64,000 bases of DNA from Escherichia coli (GTDB taxonomy: Bacteria > Pseudomonadota > Gammaproteobacteria > Enterobacterales > Enterobacteriaceae): assembly GCF_002854065.1 (NCBI RefSeq), contig NZ_CP024147.1. One strand, given 5' to 3'. Below the pieces are notes generated by a model. That model worked only from the letters and a program-made list of their open reading frames with translations, was not told the origin of the DNA and did not search any database. Shown here one piece after another: positions 8,847 through 20,288 of the stretch (position 1 is the first letter of the stretch; the number at the start of each line of letters is the position of its first letter). The position numbers and the translations under genes are program-made.

Positions 8847-10415
8847 ATGTTAGATATAGTCGAACTGTCGCGCTTACAGTTTGCCTTGACCGCGATGTAC
8901 CACTTCCTTTTTGTGCCACTGACGCTCGGTATGGCGTTCCTGCTGGCCATTATGGAAACGGTCTACGTCCTTTCCGGCAAACAGATTTATAAAGATATGA
9001 CCAAGTTCTGGGGCAAGTTGTTTGGTATCAACTTCGCTCTGGGTGTGGCTACCGGTCTGACCATGGAGTTCCAGTTCGGGACTAACTGGTCTTACTATTC
9101 CCACTATGTAGGGGATATCTTCGGTGCGCCGCTGGCAATCGAAGGTCTGATGGCCTTCTTCCTCGAATCCACCTTTGTAGGTCTGTTCTTCTTCGGTTGG
9201 GATCGTCTGGGTAAAGTTCAGCATATGTGTGTCACCTGGCTGGTGGCGCTCGGTTCAAACCTGTCCGCGCTGTGGATTCTGGTTGCAAACGGCTGGATGC
9301 AAAACCCAATCGCGTCCGATTTCAACTTTGAAACTATGCGTATGGAGATGGTGAGCTTCTCCGAGCTGGTGCTTAACCCGGTTGCTCAGGTGAAATTCGT
9401 TCACACTGTAGCGTCTGGTTATGTGACTGGCGCGATGTTCATCCTCGGTATCAGCGCATGGTATATGCTGAAAGGTCGTGACTTCGCCTTCGCTAAACGC
9501 TCCTTTGCTATCGCTGCCAGCTTCGGTATGGCTGCCGTTCTGTCTGTTATTGTTCTGGGTGATGAATCCGGCTACGAAATGGGCGACGTGCAGAAAACCA
9601 AACTGGCTGCTATTGAAGCTGAGTGGGAAACGCAACCTGCGCCTGCTGCCTTTACTCTGTTCGGCATTCCTGATCAGGAAGAGGAGACGAACAAATTTGC
9701 GATCCAGATCCCTTACGCGCTGGGCATCATTGCAACGCGTTCCGTGGATACTCCAGTTATCGGCCTGAAAGAACTGATGGTGCAGCATGAAGAACGCATT
9801 CGTAACGGGATGAAGGCGTACTCTCTGCTCGAGCAACTGCGTTCTGGTTCTACCGACCAGGCGGTTCGTGACCAGTTCAACAGCATGAAGAAAGACCTCG
9901 GTTACGGTCTGCTGCTGAAACGCTATACGCCAAACGTGGCTGATGCGACTGAAGCGCAGATTCAACAGGCAACCAAAGACTCCATTCCGCGTGTAGCGCC
10001 GCTGTACTTCGCGTTCCGTATCATGGTGGCGTGTGGCTTCCTGCTGCTGGCAATCATCGCGCTCTCTTTCTGGAGTGTCATCCGCAACCGCATTGGCGAG
10101 AAAAAATGGCTCCTGCGCGCCGCGCTGTACGGTATTCCGCTGCCGTGGATTGCTGTAGAAGCGGGCTGGTTCGTGGCTGAATATGGCCGCCAACCGTGGG
10201 CTATCGGTGAAGTGCTGCCGACAGCTGTGGCGAACTCGTCACTGACCGCAGGCGATCTCATCTTCTCAATGGTGCTGATTTGCGGCCTGTATACCCTGTT
10301 CCTGGTGGCAGAATTGTTCTTAATGTTCAAGTTTGCACGCCTCGGCCCAAGCAGCCTGAAAACCGGTCGCTATCACTTTGAGCAGTCTTCCACGACTACT
10401 CAGCCGGCACGCTAA
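8847..10415 (+). CDS. cydA: cytochrome bd-I ubiquinol oxidase subunit I
   Basis: [28 protein letters not shown]...; 522 aa from second ATG (AAGGA RBS 6 nt upstream). Confidence 0.97.
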
Positions 10416-10430
10416 GACAGGAGTCGTCAA

Positions 10431-11570
10431 ATGATCGATTATGAAGTATTGCGTTTTATCTGGTGGCTGCTGGTTGGCGTTCTGCTGATTGGTTTTGCAG
10501 TCACTGACGGTTTCGACATGGGGGTGGGCATGCTCACCCGTTTCCTCGGTCGTAACGACACCGAGCGTCGAATTATGATTAACTCCATCGCACCACACTG
10601 GGACGGTAACCAGGTTTGGCTGATCACCGCAGGCGGCGCACTGTTTGCTGCCTGGCCGATGGTCTATGCCGCTGCGTTTTCCGGCTTCTATGTGGCGATG
10701 ATCCTCGTGCTGGCGTCTTTGTTCTTCCGTCCGGTCGGTTTTGACTACCGCTCCAAGATTGAAGAAACCCGCTGGCGTAACATGTGGGACTGGGGCATCT
10801 TCATTGGTAGCTTCGTTCCGCCGCTGGTGATTGGTGTAGCGTTCGGTAACCTGTTGCAGGGCGTACCGTTCAACGTTGATGAATATCTGCGTCTGTACTA
10901 CACCGGTAACTTCTTCCAGTTGCTTAACCCGTTCGGCCTGCTGGCAGGCGTGGTGAGCGTAGGGATGATCATTACTCAGGGCGCGACTTATCTGCAGATG
11001 CGTACCGTGGGCGAACTGCACCTGCGTACCCGTGCAACGGCTCAGGTGGCGGCACTGGTGACACTGGTCTGCTTCGCACTAGCTGGCGTATGGGTGATGT
11101 ACGGTATCGATGGTTATGTCGTGAAATCGACAATGGACCATTACGCAGCCTCTAACCCGCTGAATAAAGAAGTGGTTCGTGAAGCTGGCGCATGGCTGGT
11201 TAACTTCAACAACACGCCAATTCTGTGGGCTATTCCGGCACTGGGTGTGGTTCTGCCGCTGCTGACCATCCTGACTGCACGTATGGATAAAGCCGCGTGG
11301 GCGTTTGTGTTCTCCTCCCTGACGCTGGCCTGCATCATCCTGACTGCCGGTATCGCAATGTTCCCGTTTGTGATGCCGTCCAGCACCATGATGAACGCAA
11401 GTCTGACAATGTGGGATGCAACTTCCAGCCAGCTGACACTTAACGTCATGACTTGGGTTGCGGTGGTTCTGGTACCGATCATTCTGCTCTACACCGCCTG
11501 GTGTTACTGGAAAATGTTCGGTCGTATCACCAAAGAAGATATTGAACGTAACACCCACTCTCTGTACTAA
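10431..11570 (+). CDS. cydB: cytochrome bd-I ubiquinol oxidase subunit II
   Basis: 379-aa polytopic membrane ORF immediately after cydA. Confidence 0.97.
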   Translation: MIDYEVLRFIWWLLVGVLLIGFAVTDGFDMGVGMLTRFLGRNDTERRIMINSIAPHWDGNQVWLITAGGALFAAWPMVYAAAFSGFYVAMILVLASLFFRPVGFDYRSKIEETRWRNMWDWGIFIGSFVPPLVIGVAFGNLLQGVPFNVDEYLRLYYTGNFFQLLNPFGLLAGVVSVGMIITQGATYLQMRTVGELHLRTRATAQVAALVTLVCFALAGVWVMYGIDGYVVKSTMDHYAASNPLNKEVVREAGAWLVNFNNTPILWAIPALGVVLPLLTILTARMDKAAWAFVFSSLTLACIILTAGIAMFPFVMPSSTMMNASLTMWDATSSQLTLNVMTWVAVVLVPIILLYTAWCYWKMFGRITKEDIERNTHSLY

Positions 11571-11584
11571 GTAAGGAGCTAAAA

Positions 11585-11698
11585 ATGTGGTATTTCGCAT
11601 GGATTCTGGGAACGCTTCTTGCCTGTTCGTTTGGGGTAATCACCGCGCTGGCGCTTGAGCACGTCGAATCAGGCAAAGCCGGTCAAGAAGACATCTGA
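11585..11698 (+). CDS. cydX: cytochrome bd-I small subunit CydX (37 aa)
   Basis: atg tgg tat ttc gca tgg... = MWYFAWILGTLLACSFGVITALALEHVESGKAGQEDI; too short for the ORF track. Confidence 0.9.
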   Translation: MWYFAWILGTLLACSFGVITALALEHVESGKAGQEDI

Positions 11699-11991
11699 TG
11701 AGTAAGATTATCGCAACCTTGTATGCGGTAATGGACAAGCGCCCCCTGCGGGCGCTTTCCTTCGTGATGGCGCTTCTGTTAGCAGGATGTATGTTTTGGG
11801 ACCCATCTCGTTTTGCCGCGAAGACCAGTGAACTGGAAATCTGGCATGGTTTATTGCTGATGTGGGCCGTCTGTGCTGGTGTGATTCACGGCGTGGGCTT
11901 TCGTCCGCAGAAGGTTCTTTGGCAAGGGATTTTTTGCCCATTGCTTGCCGATATTGTTCTCATTGTCGGGCTGATTTTCTTCTTCTTTTAA
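11698..11991 (+). CDS. ybgE: cyd operon inner membrane protein YbgE
   Basis: 97 aa, MSKIIATLYAVMDKRPLRALSFVMALLLAGC...; start overlaps cydX stop. Confidence 0.9.
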   Translation: MSKIIATLYAVMDKRPLRALSFVMALLLAGCMFWDPSRFAAKTSELEIWHGLLLMWAVCAGVIHGVGFRPQKVLWQGIFCPLLADIVLIVGLIFFFF

Positions 11992-12012
11992 ATCAGAATT
12001 CTCTTTAAAAAA

Positions 12013-12042
12013 TTATGGGCCGCTCCAGGCCCATAAATTTTT
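12013..12042 (+). terminator. rho-independent terminator after ybgE
   Basis: Hairpin ttatgggcc-gctcca-ggcccataa followed by a T-run. Confidence 0.6.
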
Positions 12043-12140
12043 ACGCTCCCTTAACTTGCCCTCATTCCCAAACCTCAATCGCGCGCGTATAGTAGCAGCG
12101 TTTAAAAGCTCTAACTTTTGTTGCATTACCGGGATGTAAA

Positions 12141-13234
<1,094 letters not shown>

Positions 13235-13237
13235 GCC

Positions 13238-13666
13238 ATGGCCAGAGCGCGTGGACGAGGTCGTCGCGATCTCAAGTCCGAAATCAACATTGTACCGTTG
13301 CTGGACGTACTGCTGGTGCTGTTGCTGATCTTTATGGCGACAGCGCCCATCATCACCCAGAGCGTGGAGGTCGATCTGCCAGACGCTACTGAATCACAGG
13401 CGGTGAGCAGTAACGATAATCCGCCAGTGATTGTTGAAGTGTCTGGTATTGGTCAGTACACCGTGGTGGTTGAGAAAGATCGCCTGGAGCGTTTACCACC
13501 AGAGCAGGTGGTGGCGGAAGTGTCCAGCCGTTTCAAGGCCAACCCGAAAACGGTCTTTCTGATCGGTGGCGCAAAAGATGTGCCTTACGATGAAATAATT
13601 AAAGCACTGAACTTGTTACATAGTGCGGGTGTGAAATCGGTTGGTTTAATGACGCAGCCTATCTAA
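13238..13666 (+). CDS. tolR: Tol-Pal system protein TolR
   Basis: 142 aa, MARARGRGRRDLKSEINIVPLLDVLLVLLLIF... Confidence 0.97.
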   Translation: MARARGRGRRDLKSEINIVPLLDVLLVLLLIFMATAPIITQSVEVDLPDATESQAVSSNDNPPVIVEVSGIGQYTVVVEKDRLERLPPEQVVAEVSSRFKANPKTVFLIGGAKDVPYDEIIKALNLLHSAGVKSVGLMTQPI

Positions 13667-13730
13667 ACATCTGCGTTTCCCTTGCTTGAAAGAGAGCGGG
13701 TAACAGGCGAACAGTTTTTGGAAACCGAGA

Positions 13731-15026
13731 GTGTCAAAGGCAACCGAACAAAACGACAAGCTCAAGCGGGCGATAATTATTTCAGCAGTGCTGCATGTCA
13801 TCTTATTTGCGGCGCTGATCTGGAGTTCGTTCGATGAGAATATAGAAGCTTCAGCTGGAGGCGGCGGTGGTTCGTCCATCGACGCTGTCATGGTTGATTC
13901 AGGTGCGGTAGTTGAGCAGTACAAACGCATGCAAAGCCAGGAATCAAGCGCGAAGCGTTCTGATGAGCAGCGCAAGATGAAGGAACAGCAGGCTGCTGAA
14001 GAACTGCGTGAGAAACAAGCGGCTGAACAGGAACGCCTGAAGCAACTTGAGAAAGAGCGGTTAGCTGCTCAGGAACAGAAAAAGCAGGCTGAAGAAGCCG
14101 CAAAACAGGCCGAGTTAAAGCAGAAGCAAGCGGAAGAGGCGGCAGCGAAAGCGGCGGCAGATGCTAAAGCGAAGGCCGAAGCGGATGCTAAAGCTGCGGA
14201 AGATGCAGCGAAGAAAGCGGCTGCAGATGCGAAGAAAAAAGCAGAAGCAGAAGCCGCCAAAGCCGCAGCCGAAGCGCAGAAAAAAACCGAGGCAGCAGCT
14301 GCGGCGCTGAAGAAGAAAGCGGAAGCGGCAGAAGCAGCTGCAGCTGAAGCAAGAAAGAAAGCGGCAACTGAAGCTGCTGAAAAAGCCAAGGCAGAAGCTG
14401 AGAAGAAAGCGGCTGCTGAAAAGGCTGCAGCTGATAAGAAAGCGGCAGCAGAGAAAGCTGCAGCCGACAAAAAAGCAGCAGAAAAAGCGGCTGCAGAAAA
14501 GGCAGCAGCTGATAAGAAAGCAGCGGCAGAAAAAGCCGCCGCAGACAAAAAAGCGGCAGCTGCAAAAGCAGCAGCTGCAAAAGCAGCAGCTGCAAAAGCA
14601 GCAGCTGAAAAAGCCGCTGCAGCAAAAGCTGCCGCAGAGGCAGATGATATTTTCGGTGAGCTAAGCTCTGGTAAGAATGCACCGAAAACGGGGGGAGGGG
14701 CGAAAGGGAACAATGCTTCGCCTGCCGGGAGTGGTAATACTAAAAACAATGGCGCATCAGGGGCCGATATCAATAACTATGCCGGGCAGATTAAATCTGC
14801 TATCGAAAGTAAGTTCTATGACGCATCGTCCTATGCAGGCAAAACCTGTACGCTGCGCATAAAACTGGCACCCGATGGTATGTTACTGGATATCAAACCT
14901 GAAGGTGGCGATCCCGCACTTTGTCAGGCTGCGTTGGCAGCAGCTAAACTTGCGAAGATCCCGAAACCACCAAGCCAGGCAGTATATGAAGTGTTCAAAA
15001 ACGCGCCATTGGACTTCAAACCGTAA
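13731..15026 (+). CDS. tolA: Tol-Pal system protein TolA (431 aa)
   Basis: GTG start, MSKATEQNDKLKRAIIISAVLHVILFAALIW...; long Ala/Lys-rich domain II encoded by tandem repeats; C-terminal domain III intact. Confidence 0.95.
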   Translation: MSKATEQNDKLKRAIIISAVLHVILFAALIWSSFDENIEASAGGGGGSSIDAVMVDSGAVVEQYKRMQSQESSAKRSDEQRKMKEQQAAEELREKQAAEQERLKQLEKERLAAQEQKKQAEEAAKQAELKQKQAEEAAAKAAADAKAKAEADAKAAEDAAKKAAADAKKKAEAEAAKAAAEAQKKTEAAAAALKKKAEAAEAAAAEARKKAATEAAEKAKAEAEKKAAAEKAAADKKAAAEKAAADKKAAEKAAAEKAAADKKAAAEKAAADKKAAAAKAAAAKAAAAKAAAEKAAAAKAAAEADDIFGELSSGKNAPKTGGGAKGNNASPAGSGNTKNNGASGADINNYAGQIKSAIESKFYDASSYAGKTCTLRIKLAPDGMLLDIKPEGGDPALCQAALAAAKLAKIPKPPSQAVYEVFKNAPLDFKP

Positions 15027-15158
15027 TCGCGATGCTGACTGTTCCGACGGTCAACATCAGGCACCGGTTGCCACGGGGTTCTGGTAGTTTTGTGTATTTT
15101 AGTTTGTTAACATTCTGCTAAATTATCGTGGGCCATCGGTCCAGATAAGGGAGATATG

Positions 15159-16451
15159 ATGAAGCAGGCATTACGAGTAGCATTTGGTTTTCTCATATTG
15201 TGGGCATCAGTTCTTCATGCTGAAGTCCGCATTGTGATCGACAGCGGTGTAGATTCCGGTCGTCCTATTGGAGTTGTTCCTTTCCAGTGGGCGGGCCCTG
15301 GTGCGGCACCTGAAGATATTGGCGGCATCGTTGCTGCCGACTTGCGTAACAGCGGTAAATTTAATCCGTTAGATCGCGCTCGTCTGCCACAGCAGCCGGG
15401 TAGTGCGCAGGAAGTACAACCAGCTGCATGGTCCGCGCTGGGTATTGACGCTGTAGTTGTCGGTCAGGTCACTCCGAATCCGGATGGTTCTTACAATGTT
15501 GCTTATCAACTTGTTGACACTGGCGGCGCACCGGGTACTGTACTTGCTCAGAACTCGTACAAAGTGAACAAGCAGTGGCTGCGTTATGCTGGTCATACCG
15601 CCAGTGATGAAGTGTTTGAAAAACTGACCGGTATTAAAGGTGCGTTCCGTACCCGTATTGCCTACGTTGTTCAGACCAACGGCGGTCAGTTCCCGTATGA
15701 ACTGCGCGTATCTGACTATGACGGTTACAACCAGTTTGTCGTTCACCGTTCACCACAGCCGCTGATGTCCCCGGCGTGGTCACCAGACGGTTCTAAACTG
15801 GCTTATGTGACCTTCGAAAGCGGTCGTTCCGCGCTGGTTATCCAAACGCTGGCAAACGGCGCTGTACGTCAGGTGGCTTCATTCCCGCGTCACAACGGTG
15901 CGCCTGCATTCTCGCCAGACGGCAGCAAACTGGCATTCGCCTTGTCGAAAACCGGTAGCCTGAACCTGTACGTAATGGATTTGGCTTCTGGTCAGATCCG
16001 CCAGGTGACTGATGGTCGCAGTAACAATACCGAACCGACCTGGTTCCCGGACAGCCAGAACCTGGCATTTACTTCTGACCAGGCCGGTCGTCCACAGGTT
16101 TATAAAGTGAATATCAACGGCGGTGCGCCACAACGTATTACCTGGGAAGGTTCGCAGAACCAGGATGCGGATGTCAGCAGCGACGGTAAATTTATGGTAA
16201 TGGTCAGCTCCAACGGTGGGCAGCAGCACATTGCCAAACAAGATCTGGCAACGGGAGGCGTACAAGTTCTGTCGTCCACGTTCCTGGATGAAACGCCAAG
16301 TCTGGCACCTAACGGCACTATGGTAATCTACAGCTCTTCTCAGGGGATGGGATCCGTGCTGAATTTGGTTTCTACAGATGGGCGTTTCAAAGCGCGTCTT
16401 CCGGCAACTGATGGACAGGTCAAATTCCCTGCCTGGTCGCCGTATCTGTGA
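15159..16451 (+). CDS. tolB: Tol-Pal system periplasmic protein TolB
   Basis: 430 aa from second [33 protein letters not shown]... Confidence 0.97.
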   Translation: MKQALRVAFGFLILWASVLHAEVRIVIDSGVDSGRPIGVVPFQWAGPGAAPEDIGGIVAADLRNSGKFNPLDRARLPQQPGSAQEVQPAAWSALGIDAVVVGQVTPNPDGSYNVAYQLVDTGGAPGTVLAQNSYKVNKQWLRYAGHTASDEVFEKLTGIKGAFRTRIAYVVQTNGGQFPYELRVSDYDGYNQFVVHRSPQPLMSPAWSPDGSKLAYVTFESGRSALVIQTLANGAVRQVASFPRHNGAPAFSPDGSKLAFALSKTGSLNLYVMDLASGQIRQVTDGRSNNTEPTWFPDSQNLAFTSDQAGRPQVYKVNINGGAPQRITWEGSQNQDADVSSDGKFMVMVSSNGGQQHIAKQDLATGGVQVLSSTFLDETPSLAPNGTMVIYSSSQGMGSVLNLVSTDGRFKARLPATDGQVKFPAWSPYL

Positions 16452-16461
16452 TAATAATTAA

Positions 16462-17007
<546 letters not shown>

Positions 17008-17016
17008 GAGAATTGC

Positions 17017-17808
17017 ATGAGCAGTAACTTCAGACATCAACTATTGAGTCTGTCGTTACTGGTTGGTATAGCGGCCCCCTGGGCCGCTTTTGCTCAGGCA
17101 CCAATCAGTAGTGTCGGCTCAGGCTCGGTCGAAGACCGCGTCACTCAACTTGAGCGTATTTCTAATGCTCACAGCCAGCTTTTAACCCAACTCCAGCAAC
17201 AACTCTCTGATAATCAATCCGATATTGATTCCCTGCGTGGTCAGATTCAGGAAAATCAGTATCAACTGAATCAGGTCGTGGAGCGGCAAAAGCAGATCCT
17301 GTTGCAGATCGACAGCCTCAGCAGCGGTGGTGCAGCGGCGCAATCAACCAGCGGTGATCAAAGCGGTGCGGCGGCATCAACGACGCCGACAGCTGATGCT
17401 GGTACTGCGAATGCTGGCGCGCCGGTGAAAAGCGGTGATGCAAACACGGATTACAATGCAGCTATTGCGCTGGTGCAGGATAAATCCCGCCAGGATGACG
17501 CAATGGTGGCATTTCAGAATTTCATCAAAAATTACCCTGATTCAACTTACCTGCCAAACGCCAATTATTGGCTGGGTCAGTTAAACTACAACAAGGGTAA
17601 AAAAGATGATGCGGCGTACTATTTTGCTTCGGTAGTGAAAAACTATCCGAAGTCACCAAAGGCTGCAGATGCGATGTTTAAAGTCGGTGTCATCATGCAG
17701 GACAAAGGTGACACCGCAAAAGCGAAAGCCGTATACCAGCAGGTTATCAGTAAATACCCTGGTACTGATGGCGCTAAACAGGCACAAAAACGTCTGAACG
17801 CGATGTAA
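17017..17808 (+). CDS. cpoB: cell division coordinator CpoB (YbgF)
   Basis: 263 aa, signal peptide, coiled-coil, TPR-like C-terminus. Confidence 0.95.
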   Translation: MSSNFRHQLLSLSLLVGIAAPWAAFAQAPISSVGSGSVEDRVTQLERISNAHSQLLTQLQQQLSDNQSDIDSLRGQIQENQYQLNQVVERQKQILLQIDSLSSGGAAAQSTSGDQSGAAASTTPTADAGTANAGAPVKSGDANTDYNAAIALVQDKSRQDDAMVAFQNFIKNYPDSTYLPNANYWLGQLNYNKGKKDDAAYYFASVVKNYPKSPKAADAMFKVGVIMQDKGDTAKAKAVYQQVISKYPGTDGAKQAQKRLNAM

Positions 17809-17817
17809 TGCATAACA

Positions 17818-17849
17818 CACGACCAGAAGTCGCATTATTTCTGGTCGTG
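17818..17849 (+). other. stable hairpin between cpoB and lysT (possible attenuator or processing site)
   Basis: 11-bp inverted repeat cacgaccagaa / ttctggtcgtg with 10-nt loop; no clear U-run. Confidence 0.35.
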
Positions 17850-17972
17850 TCGTGCGAATCATAAGCAGTTGAGTGATCTACATCGAAATTTTTGTTGCGC
17901 TCAAGTCTGAAATCAGTAATATATGCCGCCGTTGCCACGGGATATCAAACAAACCGAAAGCAACGAAAAAGT

Positions 17973-18048
17973 GGGTCGTTAGCTCAGTTGGTAGAGCAGT
18001 TGACTTTTAATCAATTGGTCGCAGGTTCGAATCCTGCACGACCCACCA
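17973..18048 (+). tRNA. lysT: tRNA-Lys (anticodon UUU)
   Basis: 76-nt gggtcgttagctcagttggtagagcagttgacttttaatcaattggtcgcaggttcgaatcctgcacgacccacca with encoded CCA. Confidence 0.97.
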
Positions 18049-18083
18049 CTAACCTAGTTAGTTGTAGTATCCAGCGTAGTATC

Positions 18084-18159
18084 GGGTGATTAGCTCAGCT
18101 GGGAGAGCACCTCCCTTACAAGGAGGGGGTCGGCGGTTCGATCCCGTCATCACCCACCA
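18084..18159 (+). tRNA. valT: tRNA-Val (anticodon UAC)
   Basis: 76-nt gggtgattagctcagctgggagagcacctcccttacaaggagggggtcggcggttcgatcccgtcatcacccacca. Confidence 0.97.
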
Positions 18160-18161
18160 CC

Positions 18162-18237
18162 GGGTCGTTAGCTCAGTTGGTAGAGCAGTTGACTTTTAAT
18201 CAATTGGTCGCAGGTTCGAATCCTGCACGACCCACCA
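18162..18237 (+). tRNA. lysW: tRNA-Lys (UUU)
   Basis: Identical copy of the lysT sequence. Confidence 0.97.
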
Positions 18238-18288
18238 CTAATTACGGTGGGTTCGGTGGAAGTAGTTTGTAGTATCCAGCGCAGTATC

Positions 18289-18364
18289 GGGTGATTAGCT
18301 CAGCTGGGAGAGCACCTCCCTTACAAGGAGGGGGTCGGCGGTTCGAACCCGTCATCACCCACCA
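18289..18364 (+). tRNA. valZ: tRNA-Val (UAC), T-loop variant
   Basis: Same as valT except gttcgaaccc instead of gttcgatccc in the T-loop. Confidence 0.95.
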
Positions 18365-18367
18365 CTC

Positions 18368-18443
18368 GGGTCGTTAGCTCAGTTGGTAGAGCAGTTGACT
18401 TTTAATCAATTGGTCGCAGGTTCGAATCCTGCACGACCCACCA
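18368..18443 (+). tRNA. lysY: tRNA-Lys (UUU)
   Basis: Identical copy. Confidence 0.97.
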
Positions 18444-18495
18444 GTTTTAACATCAAACTCAGATGTTAAGCGTGAAGGATAACGTTGCGCCAGCA

Positions 18496-18541
18496 ACGGC
18501 CCGTAGGGCGAGCGAAGCGAGTCATCCTGCACGACCCACCA
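18496..18541 (+). repeat. tRNA-Lys 3'-end remnant repeat, copy 1
   Basis: acggcccgtagggcgagcgaagcgagtc followed by atcctgcacgacccacca, the exact last 18 nt of tRNA-Lys; no 5' half. Confidence 0.7.
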
Positions 18542-18589
18542 ATCTTAAAGATTGGCCCCGAGTAAAAATCTTTCAGGTAACACCCGTAT

Positions 18590-18665
18590 GGGTCGTTAGC
18601 TCAGTTGGTAGAGCAGTTGACTTTTAATCAATTGGTCGCAGGTTCGAATCCTGCACGACCCACCA
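18590..18665 (+). tRNA. lysZ: tRNA-Lys (UUU)
   Basis: Identical copy. Confidence 0.97.
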
Positions 18666-18698
18666 TCCTGAATGATTAAAGCAGCATAATCCCGCAAG

Positions 18699-18774
18699 GG
18701 GTCGTTAGCTCAGTTGGTAGAGCAGTTGACTTTTAATCAATTGGTCGCAGGTTCGAATCCTGCACGACCCACCA
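18699..18774 (+). tRNA. lysQ: tRNA-Lys (UUU)
   Basis: Identical copy; last gene of the array. Confidence 0.97.
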
Positions 18775-18778
18775 ATGT

Positions 18779-18805
18779 AAAAAAGCGCCCTAAAGGCGCT
18801 TTTTT
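18779..18805 (+). terminator. rho-independent terminator of the tRNA operon
   Basis: aaaagcgcc-ctaa-aggcgc hairpin followed by tttttt. Confidence 0.75.
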
Positions 18806-18884
18806 GCTATCTGCGATACTCAAAGATTCGAACCTGCAGCAGGTTTGAGTTGAGCGTAGCGAAACAACGGAGCCGCTCGCGGCG

Positions 18885-18930
18885 ACGGCCCGAAGGGCGA
18901 GCGAAGCGAGTCATCCTGCACGACCCACCA
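18885..18930 (+). repeat. tRNA-Lys 3'-end remnant repeat, copy 2
   Basis: acggcccgaagggcgagcgaagcgagtc plus atcctgcacgacccacca; differs from copy 1 by one nt. Confidence 0.7.
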
Positions 18931-18934
18931 ATGT

Positions 18935-18961
18935 AAAAAAGCGCCCTAAAGGCGCTTTTTT
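18935..18961 (+). terminator. second copy of the tRNA-operon terminator hairpin
   Basis: Same aaaaaagcgccctaaaggcgcttttttgctat sequence as at 18779..18805. Confidence 0.6.
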
Positions 18962-19117
18962 GCTATTCAGGCATCTCTCAATTTCAATTCTTGACCCTGA
19001 TGACATACTTCGCGCTTGCTGCGTAAACAACTTTACGTCGGAGGAATAAGACGCAAAGTGTGGCATTCGGCATCTCATACGTAATTCGAGTGACTTTTCC
19101 CCACCATTCGACTATCT

Positions 19118-19135
19118 TGTTTAGCATATAAAACA
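19118..19135 (+). promoter_or_regulatory. candidate NadR operator upstream of nadA
   Basis: tgtttagcatataaaaca fits the TGTTTA-N6-TAAACA type palindrome about 70 bp upstream of nadA. Confidence 0.5.
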
Positions 19136-19207
19136 AATTACACCGATAACAGCGAATATCACGCTAATGTCGGTTTTAACGTTAAGCTTGTAAAACGAGA
19201 TGGTAAG

Positions 19208-20251
19208 ATGAGCGTGATGTTTGATCCAGACACGGCGATTTATCCTTTCCCCCCGAAGCCGACGCCGTTAAGCATTGATGAAAAAGCGTATTACCGCGAG
19301 AAGATAAAACGTCTGCTAAAAGAACGTAATGCGGTGATGGTTGCCCACTACTATACCGATCCCGAAATTCAACAACTGGCAGAAGAAACCGGTGGTTGTA
19401 TTTCTGATTCTCTGGAAATGGCGCGCTTCGGTGCAAAGCATCCCGCTTCTACGTTGTTAGTCGCTGGGGTGAGATTTATGGGAGAAACCGCCAAAATTCT
19501 CAGTCCGGAAAAAACAATTCTGATGCCGACACTTCAGGCTGAGTGTTCACTGGATCTCGGCTGCCCTGTTGAAGAATTTAACGCATTTTGCGATGCCCAT
19601 CCCGATCGTACTGTCGTCGTCTACGCCAACACTTCTGCTGCGGTAAAAGCGCGCGCAGATTGGGTGGTAACTTCAAGCGTTGCCGTCGAACTTATTGATC
19701 ATCTTGATAGTTTGGGTGAAAAAATCATCTGGGCACCCGACAAACATCTGGGGCGTTACGTGCAAAAACAGACGGGCGCAGACATTTTATGCTGGCAGGG
19801 TGCTTGCATTGTGCATGATGAATTTAAGACTCAGGCGTTAACCCGCTTGCAAGAAGAATACCCGGATGCTGCCATACTGGTGCATCCAGAATCACCACAA
19901 GCTATTGTAGATATGGCTGATGCGGTCGGTTCCACCAGTCAACTGATCGCTGCTGCAAAAACATTGCCACATCAGCGGCTTATCGTGGCAACCGATCGGG
20001 GCATTTTCTACAAAATGCAGCAGGCGGTGCCAGATAAAGAGTTACTGGAAGCACCAACCGCGGGTGAGGGCGCAACCTGCCGCAGCTGCGCGCATTGTCC
20101 GTGGATGGCCATGAATGGCCTTCAGGCTATCGCTGAGGCATTAGAACAGGAAGGAAGTAATCACGAGGTTCATGTTGATGAGAGGCTGCGAGAGAGGGCG
20201 CTGGTGCCGCTCAATCGTATGCTGGATTTTGCGGCTACACTACGTGGATAA
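19208..20251 (+). CDS. nadA: quinolinate synthase
   Basis: 347 aa, [55 protein letters not shown]... Confidence 0.97.
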   Translation: MSVMFDPDTAIYPFPPKPTPLSIDEKAYYREKIKRLLKERNAVMVAHYYTDPEIQQLAEETGGCISDSLEMARFGAKHPASTLLVAGVRFMGETAKILSPEKTILMPTLQAECSLDLGCPVEEFNAFCDAHPDRTVVVYANTSAAVKARADWVVTSSVAVELIDHLDSLGEKIIWAPDKHLGRYVQKQTGADILCWQGACIVHDEFKTQALTRLQEEYPDAAILVHPESPQAIVDMADAVGSTSQLIAAAKTLPHQRLIVATDRGIFYKMQQAVPDKELLEAPTAGEGATCRSCAHCPWMAMNGLQAIAEALEQEGSNHEVHVDERLRERALVPLNRMLDFAATLRG

Positions 20252-20288
20252 CGAATAATAAGGCGTAACGTTACGCTTTGGGGGAAAG

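Noticed and set aside
9255-10193. 312-aa ORF antisense to cydA (similar 233-aa ORF at 10320..11021 antisense to cydB)
   Set aside because: Entirely inside well-supported cydAB coding sequence on the opposite strand; Arg/His-rich composition typical of antisense frames.
14069-14773. 234-aa Ala-rich ORF (and a 164-aa Leu-rich ORF at 14188..14682) antisense to tolA
   Set aside because: Low-complexity reading frames generated by the GC-rich codon repeats of tolA domain II; no start context; shadow ORFs.
17973-18774. Regularly spaced 76-bp direct repeats that could be mistaken for a CRISPR-like array
   Set aside because: The repeats are complete tRNA-Lys and tRNA-Val genes with cloverleaf features and encoded CCA; no cas genes nearby.
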